The notes under the pieces were generated by a model that was given only the letters and a program-made list of their open reading frames with translations, was not told the origin of the DNA and ran no database searches. From Lysobacterales bacterium (GTDB lineage: Bacteria; Pseudomonadota; Gammaproteobacteria; Xanthomonadales; SZUA-5), in contig JALHMH010000016.1 of NCBI GenBank assembly GCA_022844165.1, positions 37,672 through 101,671 of the forward strand: a stretch of DNA of 64,000 nt. The letters are read 5' to 3'. Both the position numbers and the translations under genes were made by a program. Position 1 is the stretch's first letter. Each line of letters opens with the position of its first letter. Positions 17,916 to 28,325 of this stretch are shown here, in pieces.

Positions 17916-19178
17916 CTACTCGTAGCGTTTACCCGCCTGGTACACGGCGAGCGGTTTTTCGGTTGCGGTAATGTCGCGCTGCACGTCGGCGCGGAGCACC
18001 ACAATATCGGCGACGTAATTTTCCTTGATCTGGCCCAAGGTGTCGGCCATGCCAAGAACTTGCGAGGCGTTGTAGGTGGCGCTTTGTAAGGCGGTGGTCG
18101 CGCTCATGCCGGCATCGACCATCAGTTTGAATTCCTTGGCGTTCATGCCGTGCGGCGACACACCCGTATCCGTACCGAACGCAATCTTCACGCCTGCCGC
18201 GTGCGCCTTTCTGAAGGTGCCTTCGATCATTGGGCCAATGGCCTTTGCTTTCGCGGCAACCATCGGCGGATAGTAACCCGGCTCATCGGCTTTGCCTGCA
18301 ACCCACCAGCCCGCCATCAAGGTGGGTACGTACCACGTGCCGCGCTGTTTCATCAGCGGGAACAACTCTTCGTCCATGAAGCTCCCGTGCTCAATCGTGG
18401 TGACGCCGGCTTCAATGGCGCGCCGAATCCCCTCCTTGCCATGCGCGTGCGCTGCGACCGCCATGCCATAGTCTTTCGCAGCCGCGACAATGGCATTGGC
18501 TTCCTCTTGAGTGAACTGCGGATTGAGGCCGTTCTTGGCGTAACTCAAGACGCCGCCGGTGGCGGTGATCTTGATCAGGTCGGCACCTTCTTTGTAGCGA
18601 TAGCGCACGGCCTCAGCGGCATCGTCGGGACCATTGATGACGCCATCTGCCGGGCCTGGTCGATTGGGTAAACTGCTGCTCCGGCCATTCGTTGGATCGG
18701 CATGGCCACCAGTGGTGGCGATCGATTTTCCGGAGGTCACAATTCGCGGACCGACGGCAATGCCCTGGTCGATCGCGCGCCGCAGCGCGATGGATGCACC
18801 GGCGCTTTCACCGAGATCCCGAATGGTCGTAAATCCTGCGGCCAGCGTCTTGCGTGCATTAGCGGCGGCGCGCAGCGCGTAGTCGCCCGGATTGAGGCGA
18901 AAGCCCTCGCTATAGGAATTGGGTCCGGAGGATTCATTGCTGATATGCGTGTGCAAGTCGATGAATCCGGGAAGGCATGCGGCATCGGTATGGTCGATAC
19001 CACCGCGTGCCGCGCCGGGCGAGACCTGGCTGATCTTGCCGTCCTTGATCGTGATGCTGTGGGCCCCTAACCAGCGCGCACCGGCCGCATCGAAAACCGC
19101 GCCGCAGTTCAAGGTCAGCGCCGATGCGTCGAGCGGCAACAGTGCAAGTGCGAGAACGATACGGCGCATATCGGTCAT
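17916..19178 (-). CDS. Exported metal-dependent amidohydrolase (prolidase/Xaa-Pro dipeptidase-like)
   Basis: DLHTH, KITATGG, AHAH, EHG, FGTD; signal peptide; start 19178 or 19169. Confidence 0.88.
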   Translation of the reverse strand: MTDMRRIVLALALLPLDASALTLNCGAVFDAAGARWLGAHSITIKDGKISQVSPGAARGGIDHTDAACLPGFIDLHTHISNESSGPNSYSEGFRLNPGDYALRAAANARKTLAAGFTTIRDLGESAGASIALRRAIDQGIAVGPRIVTSGKSIATTGGHADPTNGRSSSLPNRPGPADGVINGPDDAAEAVRYRYKEGADLIKITATGGVLSYAKNGLNPQFTQEEANAIVAAAKDYGMAVAAHAHGKEGIRRAIEAGVTTIEHGSFMDEELFPLMKQRGTWYVPTLMAGWWVAGKADEPGYYPPMVAAKAKAIGPMIEGTFRKAHAAGVKIAFGTDTGVSPHGMNAKEFKLMVDAGMSATTALQSATYNASQVLGMADTLGQIKENYVADIVVLRADVQRDITATEKPLAVYQAGKRYE

Positions 19179-19315
19179 CCAAGGAATAGGGGGATACGGA
19201 AGATAGCGCGAGTTGGCATCTTGTTCGCAGATGGACACTGGGCAAGTCAAGCGCCGCGCGATGTCCTCGACGCACTCCGGGCTAGAATCAGCGCATCGCC
19301 CTGCCGCTGACAAAT

Positions 19316-19756
19316 ATGTCGAGTCCAGCAAGCATTCGAACCACTACAGCGCCGCGACCCGTCGGCAGCTATCCGCACGCGCGCCGAGTCGGCGATTGGC
19401 TATTGCTGTCGGGCATCGGTCCACGGTCGCCAGATGACAATGTCATTCCGGGCAACGTGTATGCCGCTGGTGCGCTCGTCGCCTACGATATCGAAGCACA
19501 GTGTCACGCGGTGTTCGCCAATGTCCGCGCCGTACTCAATGCGAGCGATGCACAGTTCGAAGACCTGATCGATGTGACAGTTTATCTGACCGATATGGCC
19601 CGCGATTTCCCGACTTATAATCGCATCTGGGCCGAGTACTTTCCTGATCCGGCGAAGGCTCCGTGCCGCACCACGTTAGGCATCAGCACCTTGCCAACGC
19701 CGATCGCGATTGAGCTGAAGTGTACGGCGTGGATGGGCACCAGGGAGATCACATGA
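19316..19756 (+). CDS. RidA-family protein, probable 2-aminomuconate deaminase
   Basis: [26 protein letters not shown]; overlaps the nbaC start. Confidence 0.82.
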   Translation: MSSPASIRTTTAPRPVGSYPHARRVGDWLLLSGIGPRSPDDNVIPGNVYAAGALVAYDIEAQCHAVFANVRAVLNASDAQFEDLIDVTVYLTDMARDFPTYNRIWAEYFPDPAKAPCRTTLGISTLPTPIAIELKCTAWMGTREIT

Positions 19757-20265
19757 GTACTCGTGCAGCTGTAGCTCCACTGAACTTTCAAAGTTGGATC
19801 GACGCCCATCGGCACCTGCTGAAACCACCCGTGGCGAACAAGTGCATCGTCGATGGCGATTTCATCGTCATGATTGTCGGTGGACCGAATCGCCGCAGCG
19901 ACTTTCACGTCGACGAAGGCCCGGAGTTCTTTTATCAGATCGAAGGCGAAATGACGCTTCGCCTGCAGCAAGATGGCGTGCTCGATGTGCCGATTCGCGC
20001 TGGCGAAATTTACTACCTGCCGCCACGCATTCCACACTCGCCGCAGCGTGGCGCCAATTCCATCGGCCTTGTCATTGAGCGCAAGCGATTGGCGCACGAA
20101 CTTGACGGGCTCCAGTGGTATTGCAGCCGCTGCAACCACAAGTTGTACGAGGAATATTTCCCGCTGGAGAACATCGAAACGCAGTTTCCGGCGGTATTCA
20201 AACGCTACGAAGACTCCCTCGAGCACCGCACCTGCAGCGCTTGCGGTTTTGTCAATCAGCGCTGA
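19753..20265 (+). CDS. nbaC: 3-hydroxyanthranilate 3,4-dioxygenase
   Basis: [31 protein letters not shown], two CxxC rubredoxin-like pairs. Confidence 0.95.
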   Translation: MSTRAAVAPLNFQSWIDAHRHLLKPPVANKCIVDGDFIVMIVGGPNRRSDFHVDEGPEFFYQIEGEMTLRLQQDGVLDVPIRAGEIYYLPPRIPHSPQRGANSIGLVIERKRLAHELDGLQWYCSRCNHKLYEEYFPLENIETQFPAVFKRYEDSLEHRTCSACGFVNQR

Positions 20266-20357
20266 GTGGCAACGTTTTGCCGCATTGTTCAGTGCGTTTA
20301 TCCCACTTGCCTTGACCATTGTGTTAAAAACGCGGCCCCTTGTCCGGAGTCGCCTCT

Positions 20358-21266
20358 ATGAAAAAGACGCTGTTGTTTGCCGCTATCACATTCGGTCTGG
20401 CTGCGTGCAGCGAGCAGGCGCCGCCACCGGCGCCCGTCACGCCGCCTCCAGCCCCCGCCGCCGCGGAACCGGCGCCGGTCGCGCCTGTCGCGGAGACCTT
20501 CGAGGCGCGGTTGGACCGCATCATCGCTGGCGAACACCGCAGCCCGGAGAACAAAGCACGAGATGCATGGCGCCATCCAAAGGAAACCCTGCTGTTCGGC
20601 GGCATCGCGCCAGGTCAGACGGTGATCGAAATCACGCCGGGCGGCGGCTGGTTTGCAGAAGTCATTGCGCCGCTCTTCAATGGCCAGGGCACGTATGTGG
20701 CGGCTGTTAACGACCCGACTAAAGCCAGCAGCGATCGCGCTCGCGATTACCACACAGAGAACAACCAGAAATTGCGCGACAAGTTCGCCGCCAACGCTGA
20801 ACTGTATGGCGCGCCGACCATCGTCGAATTCGATCCCAAGGCGCCAGCATTTGGCGCTGCCGGCTCTGCCGACGTGGTGATGACCTTCCGCAACGTGCAC
20901 AACTGGGTTGGCGGCGGTGCCAGCGATGCGATGTTCAAGGGTTTCTTCGATGTGCTCAAACCGGGCGGCACGCTGCTGGTTGAAGAGCACCGCGCCAACG
21001 CCGACGATGCACGCCCGGTGGAAGAGTTGTCCAAAACCGGTTATCTGACGCAAGCCTGGGTCGTCGACGCCGCAACGCGTGCAGGCTTTACCTTGTCCGC
21101 AGAGAGCGAAATCAACGCGAATCCAGCGGATACAAAGGATCACCCCAATGGCGTCTGGAATCTTCCGCCCAGCCTGAACGTCAAAGAGGGTGACGACGCC
21201 GAGAAGTACAAGGCCATCGGCGAGACGGATCGAATGACGTTGAAGTTCACCAAACCGGCCATGTAG
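20358..21266 (+). CDS. Lipoprotein with class I SAM-methyltransferase fold (COG4798-like)
   Basis: Lipobox LAAC, Pro/Ala linker, RDAWRHP, EITPGGGW, FRNVHNW, LKPGG. Confidence 0.85.
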   Translation: MKKTLLFAAITFGLAACSEQAPPPAPVTPPPAPAAAEPAPVAPVAETFEARLDRIIAGEHRSPENKARDAWRHPKETLLFGGIAPGQTVIEITPGGGWFAEVIAPLFNGQGTYVAAVNDPTKASSDRARDYHTENNQKLRDKFAANAELYGAPTIVEFDPKAPAFGAAGSADVVMTFRNVHNWVGGGASDAMFKGFFDVLKPGGTLLVEEHRANADDARPVEELSKTGYLTQAWVVDAATRAGFTLSAESEINANPADTKDHPNGVWNLPPSLNVKEGDDAEKYKAIGETDRMTLKFTKPAM

Positions 21267-21337
21267 TCGAAGGGATTTGCGGCGAGTGGACGAGGTTGTC
21301 TGCTCGCCGATCTCGCTCTTGCGTATGCCAAAAAGGG

Positions 21338-22501
21338 TCAGGCCCTGGGCGCCCGTTCCGTCAAGGACTGTCCCTCAAGCAACTCGAAATGGCCTGCGGC
21401 GATGATTCGACCGTTCGCCTGAATTTCGATGCGATGAATGCCGGCGTAGTAGCGCCGGGTGGTTATCGGCCGCACCGCGTGTTGCCGCGTCAACTCGCGG
21501 CGTTCGCCGGGTGCCAGGATCACCGACCAGCCTTTGAACACTTTGGGCGAACTGCTGCCGTCGGCTCGCGCGTGGTGCACGATGTAGTCGATCGTCAGTT
21601 GTATCGGCGTTCGCGCGGTGGAACGCAAATTCAAACATAGCTGCACCGATTCGCCGAGCCGAATTTGCGGTGGATCGACGAACAACTCCGCTTTGCCTTT
21701 GAGCGGTGCATCGATTCCCCAAGCAGCCAACACCCGCCGATCGCCACGTTTGATCAAGGTTCGACTGGCATGGCGCAGTAGCGCGCGGCGGCTCGCTGGC
21801 GCGCCCGGCAAGTGTTGTTCGAGCCACGTTGCCACCACCTCCGGATGGTCCTTGGCAATATCGTTCAGATGATTCGCCACGCTACGCCGCACGTACTCGC
21901 TTGCATCGTCTTGCAGTGCCGCCAACAAAGACAAACAGGGCGTCGGGTCGGCGACCAGCGGTTTGAGTACGATGCCCCATGGCAAACGCGGCCGGCTGCC
22001 CTCGCTGACCAGCCGCCGCACATGCGGACTGGGATCGATCAACCAACTCGCCAGCGTCGCGAACGTGCGCTGCGGGTGCGCAAGGATGAAAGGTCGAATC
22101 GCGAACTCGGCACTGAAACGGCGCGTGATCGCGTGCAGGCACGTCAGCGCACGGTCGGGATGATCGAGGCCTCGACGAGCGACGTACTCTCCCAGCGACC
22201 AGACAATCCATCCCGCCAATCCAAGTTCGGATGCGCGCAGCGCTTTGAGCGGCTCGTCGCCTTGGACCGGTGCAAGCGTCGCTTCGATGGCTGCCGCGGC
22301 CGCAGGAAAGTCGGCTGGCAGTGTCGCTTCCAATGCTGACGCGATCTGCATCGCCCGCGCTTTCATCTCCAGGCCGTCGAACCCGTCCAGCGCCAGCGAC
22401 TCGAACCGACGCCGGGCGAAGTCCGGCAGCGCCTTCGAAAAATGCATGCCAGCCCAACGCACCAGCTCAGGTGATAACAGGAATTTGAACGGTTCTGGCA
22501 C
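21338..22501 (-). CDS. HEAT-repeat DNA alkylation repair glycosylase (AlkC-like)
   Basis: [39 protein letters not shown]-terminal Ig-like domain. Confidence 0.88.
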   Translation of the reverse strand: MPEPFKFLLSPELVRWAGMHFSKALPDFARRRFESLALDGFDGLEMKARAMQIASALEATLPADFPAAAAAIEATLAPVQGDEPLKALRASELGLAGWIVWSLGEYVARRGLDHPDRALTCLHAITRRFSAEFAIRPFILAHPQRTFATLASWLIDPSPHVRRLVSEGSRPRLPWGIVLKPLVADPTPCLSLLAALQDDASEYVRRSVANHLNDIAKDHPEVVATWLEQHLPGAPASRRALLRHASRTLIKRGDRRVLAAWGIDAPLKGKAELFVDPPQIRLGESVQLCLNLRSTARTPIQLTIDYIVHHARADGSSSPKVFKGWSVILAPGERRELTRQHAVRPITTRRYYAGIHRIEIQANGRIIAAGHFELLEGQSLTERAPRA

Positions 22502-22741
22502 GGCTTAGTCCTGGCGATCAGGTTTCCCGAGTATCGGACAATCCTGTTCAGTCGGCACAACCGCCAGTGCCGCGGTTCGGCGCGCGGGAAATCGGCAATG
22601 CCAGGCAGATCCCGAGCCCCGCCATCATCGCCGGACGCATATCACGCGTGGGCGACCGCCAAAGGCTGTCTAAGACTGCGAGTCCGACACTGCGCGTCGA
22701 CAATCGCTTATGGTTTGAAGCCTTCAACAACAGGTGGCGAC

Positions 22742-23089
22742 ATGACGATCACGTGTTTCATTCGATACGAGATTGACCCGTTCCAACGCGAAGCGTTCAA
22801 GGAATACGCGGAGAACTGGGGAAAGATCATCCCGCGTTGCGGCGGCCACCTCGTGGGGTACTTTCTGCCGCACGAGGGAACGAACAACGTGGCATGGGGG
22901 CTGATTGCGTTCGAATCGCTGGCGGCATACGAAGCGTATCGGGCGCGACTCAAAACCGATGACGCCGGTCGCGAGAACTTCGCTCTTGCGCAGGCCAAGA
23001 GGTTCATCCTGCGCGAGGAGCGCAGCTTCGTTGAAGTTGTTGACGGTACGTTTGCGGTGCCCGCGCAGCCACAGCATGCGTCGCCGTGA
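22742..23089 (+). CDS. NIPSNAP-family protein
   Basis: [35 protein letters not shown]. Confidence 0.9.
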   Translation: MTITCFIRYEIDPFQREAFKEYAENWGKIIPRCGGHLVGYFLPHEGTNNVAWGLIAFESLAAYEAYRARLKTDDAGRENFALAQAKRFILREERSFVEVVDGTFAVPAQPQHASP

Positions 23090-23167
23090 GTCCAGTCGTG
23101 CGCGCTTGTGTTGCCTCGGAGCATATGCCTTCGCCGGCGCCCATCCTGCCAATCGTTGTTCGCGACC

Positions 23168-23187
23168 CTGCGGGTTTCGGCCCGCAG
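23168..23187. terminator. UUCG-loop hairpin between convergent genes
   Basis: CTGCGGGT-TTCG-GCCCGCAG. Confidence 0.45.
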
Positions 23188-23203
23188 AGCCATTCTCCCA
23201 CCG

Positions 23204-25474
23204 TTACTGGTTCGGCGCCGTCAACAGCTCGTAGGCCGCATTACTGCGCGTGAACCGCCCGCCTTCGGGGCCAGCATACGTGACGTCGAAACTGACGCGA
23301 TTGCCTGGTGAAGGACCTTGCACCGGTTGCACGAGGTTGACGGTCATCGTGCCAATCTGGGTATCGACCAGCGACACCGGGCATGAGCGGCAATAACCGC
23401 GGCGCTCGAACACGGCCAAGGTTTGACCCGGCGCGTAGTTCTCTCCGGCAGCGTAGGCCCAGCGACCCGCGTTGGTGGCGTCCGGAAAGTACAGTGCTTT
23501 GAACAAGAACCGGCTGCCGTTGCTGCGTGCCACGGTCGCGACGCTCGCGCCCCAACCGGCGTCCGCATCGCCGGCGTACCAAAGGCCCGTCAGATCGCCC
23601 GCCGGGCGCTGCGCGCGTGGGACCAATTCTTCGATACACCACGCGCCAGATTGTCCACCGATCGTAAAGCGCAGCGAGCCTAACGTGCCAACGCCAGGGC
23701 GTGCGGTTCCATCGCGACATGCGGGCGAATCGGCGGCCTGGTTGAAGTCCAGGCGAATCACGCCGGATTGTGCCGTCACCACCTGTGACGGCGTGCCCGG
23801 CGCGACATAGCGATAGCGCAGCAGCGAGCGCTCACCTGGTGCCAACCCGGCTTGGAACACGCCGTCGATCAGCGGGCCCAACGCCAGGTACCACTCCGGA
23901 CGACCTTGCGCGTCGTAGGTGTAAAACGCGAGCGTATAAAGATCGTAGCCGGATGCGTCGCGGCGCACCCGCTGAAAATCGAAACCATGGCCATCGCGGT
24001 CGCGATCGAACCACAGGCCGCCATAAGGCGCAGCGTAACTCGGTGCTGTTGCTGCGGCAGGATCCCAACCCGCGGCATACAACATTGGCACGGCCAATCC
24101 GAGTTGGCGCACGCCGCGCGACAGGTTCAGCGATGGTGTCATCAGCTGACCGTTGAACAATTCGCTCAAATGCGAAACCGAAGAACCCGGCTGGATGGGG
24201 TTCGGTGCGTGCATCAAGATCCCGGGAAAACCCGTCGGTGTGTTCTGCGGTGAATTCACTGCCCGCGCATCGTTCCAGGACAACCCGTTGTTGCTGGCCA
24301 TCACGTCCGCCCGTTGCGCGGTGCTGAGCTGCGTTAATGGACGGAATGGCATGCTTCGGTTGTCGATCAACTGCCGGGAGAAGATGTCGTCCCGATCCAA
24401 CGGCAACGATCCGACGGCGCCGTTGTTTGAGGTGGTCCGGACCAGACTGATAAATCCCAGGCCATGGCCGAGTTCGTGGACGGACACGCCAACAAAATCA
24501 ATACTCCCGAACGGCGCGGTGTTGTACCCCAGATAAAACTGCGCACCGCCAAGAATCGTTGGTTCGCCAATGCGCTTGTTGTAGGTAATCGTCATGTCGG
24601 TCACATCGTCGCAACTGCCGCCCTGCAGTGCGCACGCGGGTGCGCCTCCCAGGCGCGATGCGGGCGCGCTCGCGTAGAAGGCGTATTTGTGCGGCAAATA
24701 AGGCGCAGGACGTGGTGAGCTGCCGTTGCCAGCGACCAGTGTGTTGTCGTCGAACAAGAAATTGTCCGGCGCCGCACCTGCCAGCGTTGCGCTGTTGGCA
24801 TCCGCGGGCAAGCTGTCCCAGCACGCGCGTACGCTGATCGGGGTTTCGCTGTCGAAGCCTGCCGCCAATTGGCGCAGCGATTCGATCACGGCGTTGCGTC
24901 GCTGCTCGCCGCGCGTAGTACCAGGATTGCCGCCGATTGGCGCCGCTGGCGTGGGGTCATTCCAGGGCGCAATATCGCAATCGTCGGCCGGCAAGTTGAA
25001 GCGCACCACAAATTCGACTGGCCGCGCGCCTTCGTTGCTGGCTTCGACCTTGATGCGGGCATTGACGGTGCGCGGCGCAAAGCTGATCGCCGCAATGTAC
25101 CAACGGCCGGCCCGGGCCGGTTGGCGATTGGCGCGGCCGACCGTAATCGACTCTTCGTCGCCGCCGCTGATCGCGTAGTAGTGCGACTGGTCGGCCAGCT
25201 CATCGAACGACATCGGCTGGGAGTACGCATTCAACGGCGTGAACGGTGTGCCGAAGCGTAAGAACAAATCCAGATCGTCATCGCCCGTGTCGTTGTCGAG
25301 TTCGACCTTGATACGAGTCGTTCCGGCCGGTATGTCGACATGCAGCGCGGTGGTGTACGCGTTCGCCGGCAGCGCGAAAGTCGTACGTTGTCCCAATGTC
25401 AGGCCGGTCGTTTGTGCTGCGGCGTGAACGCAGATCAGGCAGGCAAAGAGTATCCAGAGCATGCGCATGCTCAA
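23204..25474 (-). CDS. Secreted zinc metalloprotease-like protein with PPC-like N-terminal and repeated beta C-terminal domains
   Basis: Signal peptide, DLDLFLRFG (PPC), NDPTPAAPIGGNPGTT, HELGHGLGF, GSSVSH, LMTP; two GLW(F/Y) modules. Confidence 0.82.
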   Translation of the reverse strand: MSMRMLWILFACLICVHAAAQTTGLTLGQRTTFALPANAYTTALHVDIPAGTTRIKVELDNDTGDDDLDLFLRFGTPFTPLNAYSQPMSFDELADQSHYYAISGGDEESITVGRANRQPARAGRWYIAAISFAPRTVNARIKVEASNEGARPVEFVVRFNLPADDCDIAPWNDPTPAAPIGGNPGTTRGEQRRNAVIESLRQLAAGFDSETPISVRACWDSLPADANSATLAGAAPDNFLFDDNTLVAGNGSSPRPAPYLPHKYAFYASAPASRLGGAPACALQGGSCDDVTDMTITYNKRIGEPTILGGAQFYLGYNTAPFGSIDFVGVSVHELGHGLGFISLVRTTSNNGAVGSLPLDRDDIFSRQLIDNRSMPFRPLTQLSTAQRADVMASNNGLSWNDARAVNSPQNTPTGFPGILMHAPNPIQPGSSVSHLSELFNGQLMTPSLNLSRGVRQLGLAVPMLYAAGWDPAAATAPSYAAPYGGLWFDRDRDGHGFDFQRVRRDASGYDLYTLAFYTYDAQGRPEWYLALGPLIDGVFQAGLAPGERSLLRYRYVAPGTPSQVVTAQSGVIRLDFNQAADSPACRDGTARPGVGTLGSLRFTIGGQSGAWCIEELVPRAQRPAGDLTGLWYAGDADAGWGASVATVARSNGSRFLFKALYFPDATNAGRWAYAAGENYAPGQTLAVFERRGYCRSCPVSLVDTQIGTMTVNLVQPVQGPSPGNRVSFDVTYAGPEGGRFTRSNAAYELLTAPNQ

Positions 25475-25722
25475 TACTCCTTGGGCCGCAATGGTTTGGT
25501 AAAACGGAAATCAAGACCGGGGGCATCGCAGCTGTAACTCAAGCCACCCTTGGCGCTCCGCGTCGCACGCATCGCGTGCACCGCCTCGGGGCGCTCAATG
25601 CGCAATGCTGGCGCATGTTTCTCGCTATGGCTGGCCAAAGGCTGAGTGGCAACGACGATCGTCGTCTCGCTCGCCGCCACGCTTTGCGCGGCACCAAAGA
25701 TCAGAAACAGCAGCGGCTTCAT
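25471..25722 (-). CDS. Small secreted protein coupled to the protease gene
   Basis: Signal-peptide-like MKPLLFLIFGAA; TTGA stop/start overlap with the protease; single Cys. Confidence 0.6.
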   Translation of the reverse strand: MKPLLFLIFGAAQSVAASETTIVVATQPLASHSEKHAPALRIERPEAVHAMRATRSAKGGLSYSCDAPGLDFRFTKPLRPKEY

Positions 25723-25886
25723 CGTAAATTTCCTGCGGTGTGACGCAATAAGACTACCCAATACTGCGTTAACGCCCCGCAAATTTGCTCGCATATCCTC
25801 GGAGTGGGATCGTGTACCGTTGATGGCTTCGGCTTTGTCGCACGCATTTCGGCAAGCTGAGGTTTTGCGCGACCCTCGTTGTGCCG

Positions 25887-26131
25887 ATGGAACTCAGATC
25901 CGGGACGTTGGTCGGCGGGAAAACCGCACCGCCGTTGTTGACACCTCCGGTCGCATTAGCCGCAGCGATCCAACCCAGCGCAGCAGACGCCGCACAACGC
26001 GCTGGCGACGCCACGCCTTGGTCGGCGACCGCCAGCAGGCGATCTCGGCCTATCGGATGGCACTGAGGACTGACCCCGACGACGCCGCCAGCAGGCGCAA
26101 TCTGGACCGGCTGGAAAGTGGCCAGCCTTGA
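25887..26131 (+). pseudogene. Probable gene remnant (kinase-like N-terminus plus TPR C-terminus in a different frame)
   Basis: MELRSGTLVGGK in one frame; GDRQQAISAYRMALRTDPDDAASRRNL (TPR-like) in another. Confidence 0.35.
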
Positions 26132-26371
26132 GACGCTGAATCTGGAGGTCACCTGCTGAATCTGGGCGTCACCCGTCGCGCCAGGCGAAGATGGTGCGAC
26201 GTGCTGGCGGCGGCAATTCTCGAAACAACACTGTACCGGATGGTTGATTGGCTTTTTGAGCGGCAACGGATGGTGCCACGTTAAGGAACCGCGCAGCCGA
26301 TGCGAAGTAGAGATTCCACCCGTGCGGTCAGTTGTCTAACATCCGGCCATCGTCTCGACTCGCAGGAATCC

Positions 26372-27340
26372 ATGCGATCTCTATTGTTGGCGCTGCTTTG
26401 CGGCGCGTCTATTGCGCACGCGGAGAAACATCCGGGGATGACAGCGCTTATCGCTGAAATCGCCGGCAACGACGCCGATCGCGCCGCGGTGTTAACAGTG
26501 CTGCTGAATCGCGCCGAGAAACAGCCGGCCATTCTTGAGGCGATCGCGAGGCCCGCAGAGAAAACTAAACCCTGGTTTGCATATCGGCCGATCTTCATGA
26601 CCGAAGCGCGCATCGCCGCCGGAGTCAATTTTTATCGGGACCATGCGGATTTGTTGGCAGCGGCAGAGGCCGACTATGGAGTGCCGGCAGAGTACATCGT
26701 CAGCATTATCGGCGTTGAAACCTTTTATGGCCGGATCATGGGCAACTGGAAGGTCCTGGATGCGTTGACCACGCTCGGCTTGTACTACCCGCCGCGCCAG
26801 CCTTTTTTTCGCGGTGAGCTGATCCAGTTCCTGAACCTGCCTGCCACGCGTGGAGTCGAGCTTGACCTGGTCAGCGTTCAGGGCTCCTACGCAGGTGCGA
26901 TGGGCCTCGGGCAGTTCATGCCCACCAGTTACGTCAAGTGGGCGGTGGATCGCGATGGCGACGGCAAAATCGACTTGTGGGCTTCGCCGGCAGATGCCAC
27001 CGCGAGCGTGGCGAACTATCTGGCCGAACACGGCTGGCAAAGCGGTATGCCCGTGACGCTGGAAATGACGCCCGGCCCCGGTGCGCGGCGGTTGCGCGAT
27101 ACCGGTTTGGACCCGGTGTTCCCATTGAGCCAGCTGGTTGAGTGGGGTTACCAGCCGTCAGCTGCGGTGGATCCTCAAACGCCGTCCAACCTGTTGCGGC
27201 TGGAGACGGCAGCCAGCGAGTATTCGCACTTCGCCATATTCAACAACTTCCGTGTGATCACACGCTACAACCGCTCGCCGATGTACGCGATGGCCGTGCA
27301 CGAACTGGCGGTGGCCATCGCGGAGCGGGTGGGTGAGTAG
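26372..27340 (+). CDS. mltB: Lytic murein transglycosylase B
   Basis: IIGVETFYG, GSYAGAMGLGQFMPTSY, EF-hand DRDGDGKIDL, ITRYNRS. Confidence 0.95.
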   Translation: MRSLLLALLCGASIAHAEKHPGMTALIAEIAGNDADRAAVLTVLLNRAEKQPAILEAIARPAEKTKPWFAYRPIFMTEARIAAGVNFYRDHADLLAAAEADYGVPAEYIVSIIGVETFYGRIMGNWKVLDALTTLGLYYPPRQPFFRGELIQFLNLPATRGVELDLVSVQGSYAGAMGLGQFMPTSYVKWAVDRDGDGKIDLWASPADATASVANYLAEHGWQSGMPVTLEMTPGPGARRLRDTGLDPVFPLSQLVEWGYQPSAAVDPQTPSNLLRLETAASEYSHFAIFNNFRVITRYNRSPMYAMAVHELAVAIAERVGE

Positions 27341-28262
27341 GTTAGCGTTTGCGTCGCACGACGTTGCTTCGTTTGGTGTCGGTGAGGCCATCGAAGCGCT
27401 GACGAAAAGCATCGCCGCGTTTTGCAAGCTCAGCTTGCTCGCGTCGATTGTTCTACTGACCGCCTGTTCGTCGCGTGGGCGCGAACGGCCGGCGCCGGAT
27501 GCGCAGCGCGACGACTTTCGTTACGAGTCGCTGGATGGCCCACCCACCGTGCCCTTCGACGTCGATTCAATTCCCGAACCAGTTCCGAAGAACGAGCCGC
27601 TGGCGCGCTACGGCAATCACTCGCCGTATGTGGTGCTCGGTAAGCGATATAGCGTATTGCCGCAACGCACCGGTTACGTCGAACGCGGCACCGCGTCGTG
27701 GTACGGCACCAAGTTCCATGGGCGCTTGACCAGTACCCGCGAGCCCTATGACATGTACCAATTCACGGCCGCGCACAAGACCTTGCCGCTGCCCTCCTAC
27801 GCTCGGGTGACGCACCTGAAGACAGGCAAGAGCGTGGTCGTGCGGATCAACGACCGCGGTCCCTTTGTCGGCCATCGGCTGATTGACCTGAGTTATGCGG
27901 CAGCCGTCAAACTGGGTATCCACTTAAGCGGCACTGCGCCCGTCGAAGTGCGTGTGCTGGAGCCCGGCCAGTCCGGGCGACCGGCACGTCCAGCGCCTGA
28001 AGATGAACCCGCGCCGCAGGCAGTTGGCGACGGTTGGTACGTTCAGTTGGGCGCATTTAGCGAGCGCGGCAATGCCTTCGCCTATCGTCAGCGGCTTGTG
28101 AGTGCCGGATTCAGCCCCGTTCGCGTATATAGCGCCCGCAGCCGCGGCGGCACCGTTTGGCGGGTACGCGTCGGGCCGTTTGCTGATCGCTCTGCGGCGG
28201 ATGCTGCACGCGAGCGGCTGCTGGATGGCGGATTTCGGCAAGCACGTGTCATGCAGCGGTAG
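27333..28262 (+). CDS. rlpA: Septal lytic transglycosylase RlpA (DPBB + SPOR)
   Basis: Lipobox LTAC, GTASWYG, TAAHKTLPLP, VRINDRGPF, SPOR VQLGAF; start uncertain. Confidence 0.93.
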   Translation: MSRLAFASHDVASFGVGEAIEALTKSIAAFCKLSLLASIVLLTACSSRGRERPAPDAQRDDFRYESLDGPPTVPFDVDSIPEPVPKNEPLARYGNHSPYVVLGKRYSVLPQRTGYVERGTASWYGTKFHGRLTSTREPYDMYQFTAAHKTLPLPSYARVTHLKTGKSVVVRINDRGPFVGHRLIDLSYAAAVKLGIHLSGTAPVEVRVLEPGQSGRPARPAPEDEPAPQAVGDGWYVQLGAFSERGNAFAYRQRLVSAGFSPVRVYSARSRGGTVWRVRVGPFADRSAADAARERLLDGGFRQARVMQR

Positions 28263-28325
28263 CGCATCGCGCGGTTGCGACACCGCAACCAGGATGCACC
28301 TCAATCACAGGAAGTAGAACAAAGA

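Noticed and set aside
22548-22730. Short ORF divergent from NIPSNAP with faint ArsR-like residues ([13 protein letters not shown])
   Set aside because: Too little similarity and no HTH; cannot be supported without BLASTX.
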